From sequence record NC_042060.1: a stretch of DNA of 64,000 bases, one strand, 5' to 3'. The notes beneath the pieces were generated by a model. The model was given only the letters and a program-made list of their open reading frames with translations. It was not told where the DNA came from and searched no databases. Each line of letters begins with the position of its first letter. Position 1 is the first letter of the stretch. Of this stretch, positions 62,646-64,000 are shown in pieces. The position numbers and the translations under genes are program-made.

Positions 62646-63020
62646 TTAACCCCTATTAACAAAGATAAAATAATCTCGTAGTTCACCAGCTAAATCTAAT
62701 GGTTGATAATTATCACTACCATCATCATAAGGGATATAATCAGCACCTGCTTCTACAGCCGCTAAATATTCTTCCTCACCAACTGCTGGAATTAAATGAA
62801 ACGCTGGGCAATCGTCATTATTGCCATCTAGTATATCTAGCATGCCTGTAATGACACTATCTGCTACAGCCCTGTCCCGATCAGCTGGCTCTGTAAATTG
62901 ATCAAGTTTAGAGTTATTGATAGCATTATCACGCATATTGACAACACTACTAATAAATAGTTCTTTAACTTGTTCCTGTGTTACAGGTTTAACATTACCA
63001 TCGCCTTCAAAATAGATCAT
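62646..63020 (-). CDS. hypothetical protein, paralogue of 63065-63751
   Basis: Shares LDGN..P.F.LIP.V..E..G.+Y.P..D+.G.LR. Confidence 0.8.
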   Translation of the reverse strand: MIYFEGDGNVKPVTQEQVKELFISSVVNMRDNAINNSKLDQFTEPADRDRAVADSVITGMLDILDGNNDDCPAFHLIPAVGEEEYLAAVEAGADYIPYDDGSDNYQPLDLAGELRDYFIFVNRG

Positions 63021-63064
63021 AATTACATACCTTGTTATCAGTAGCTTATAAATTTATTAGTTCA

Positions 63065-63751
63065 TTAACGCATTATTCGACTGATATCATCAGCTATTTG
63101 TGATTGTATCTTTTCCGCTTTTTCTTTAGCTTTTTCTACTAACATAGCAAGTTGCTCTTGCGTAAAATTACCCGAGTAATACTTAACAGGTTTCTCACCT
63201 GCTAAACTAAGGAAATGGTTCAATAGTGCATGTGGTCCTTTGAAAGGTTCCGTAAATGTCTTAGAAACTTGATAACGTAGATTACCAGAAATATCAACTG
63301 CATCACACTTTGCACGGATATTATCTTTTAAATTTTCAACTGGGTTTACTGGCCAATAATTCTCACCAATACTTATTAGGTAGTCAATATCCTCTTGAGT
63401 AACATTAGGTATAAGTTTGAATCCGGGTATATTTGGATCATTGCCATCTAGGCCAGCTGCGATGCTATATATAAATCCATCAAGCATATCTCTGATAGAT
63501 AGTGCCTTATCTGTATTTTGAGTATCGGTATACTGTTTATGCCAGTAATTACGTGTGCTTTGAAGCCAATTTACAAAGAGAGAAGTTTGTTCCTCTTTTG
63601 TATATTCTCTCGGATCATCTACTTTCTCCCATTCTTTTTGTTTATTTATCTTAGGAGTCTTAGTTTTCTTTACAGGTTGTTCAATCGGTGAATCTGAAAC
63701 CTTTGTTTCAAATCCTATACCAACTATAGTTTTATCGGTTGTATTGATCAT
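63065..63751 (-). CDS. hypothetical protein, paralogue of 62646-63020
   Basis: 228 aa with the shared core. Confidence 0.8.
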   Translation of the reverse strand: MINTTDKTIVGIGFETKVSDSPIEQPVKKTKTPKINKQKEWEKVDDPREYTKEEQTSLFVNWLQSTRNYWHKQYTDTQNTDKALSIRDMLDGFIYSIAAGLDGNDPNIPGFKLIPNVTQEDIDYLISIGENYWPVNPVENLKDNIRAKCDAVDISGNLRYQVSKTFTEPFKGPHALLNHFLSLAGEKPVKYYSGNFTQEQLAMLVEKAKEKAEKIQSQIADDISRIMR

Positions 63752-63978
63752 AGAACATGAAACCTTTGTATATAGTTTGGTTTTATGCGTTTAGTAAATT
63801 GCGCTGAATGCTCAATGTAATAAATGCATTTATCATTAAGTGAATACACTGTATAATAGGTTTTAGCACATATATGTCGTATGCCAATAGTAACACATAT
63901 TTCCCAACCGATCTTTGTAAATACATAACCTAACTGATTAGGCTCTATTTCTAAACATCTTTTGTCGAAGTTAACCAT
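63748..63978 (-). CDS. hypothetical protein
   Basis: 76 aa, GAGGA RBS, ATGA overlap. Confidence 0.7.
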   Translation of the reverse strand: MVNFDKRCLEIEPNQLGYVFTKIGWEICVTIGIRHICAKTYYTVYSLNDKCIYYIEHSAQFTKRIKPNYIQRFHVL

Positions 63979-64000
63979 TGTGGCTTCCTCGGAATAGTTC

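Overview
A 64-kb, AT-rich segment of a phiKZ-like (Phikzvirus, nucleus-forming) Pseudomonas jumbo phage, read on the strand opposite to the usual phiKZ annotation and spanning its conventional start/end. This identity is inferred from recognised proteins and gene order; phiKZ gene numbers below come from position and recall, not a database search. Layout: (1) 1-14.9 kb, virion/packaging core with tail tube, tail sheath, three structural genes and terminase large subunit; (2) 14.9-28.5 kb, a minus-strand array of small early genes, visibly GC-richer at about 15.4-24 kb, ending in DHFR; (3) 28.8-34.8 kb, class Ia ribonucleotide reductase nrdA/nrdB, a glycine-zipper secreted protein and a modular head protein; (4) 35-42.7 kb, seven tRNA genes (Leu, Pro, Ile2/Met-CAT, Asp, Asn x2 identical, Thr) among small ORFs and a Kelch protein; (5) 42.8-64 kb, a long minus-strand accessory array with TYW3-like, HslV/proteasome-beta-like, BCS1-like AAA+, two tandem ADP-ribosyltransferase-fold, degenerate GIY-YIG, Zn-deaminase and decayed AAA+ genes. 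The best leads are a promoter- and terminator-bounded structured RNA with two C-rich anti-Shine-Dalgarno-like loops (34836-34980), a second candidate RNA (44917-45042), the tandem ART-fold pair, and a membrane-anchored BCS1-like ATPase near an N-terminal-Thr protease. No CRISPR array, integrase, intron or intein was seen.
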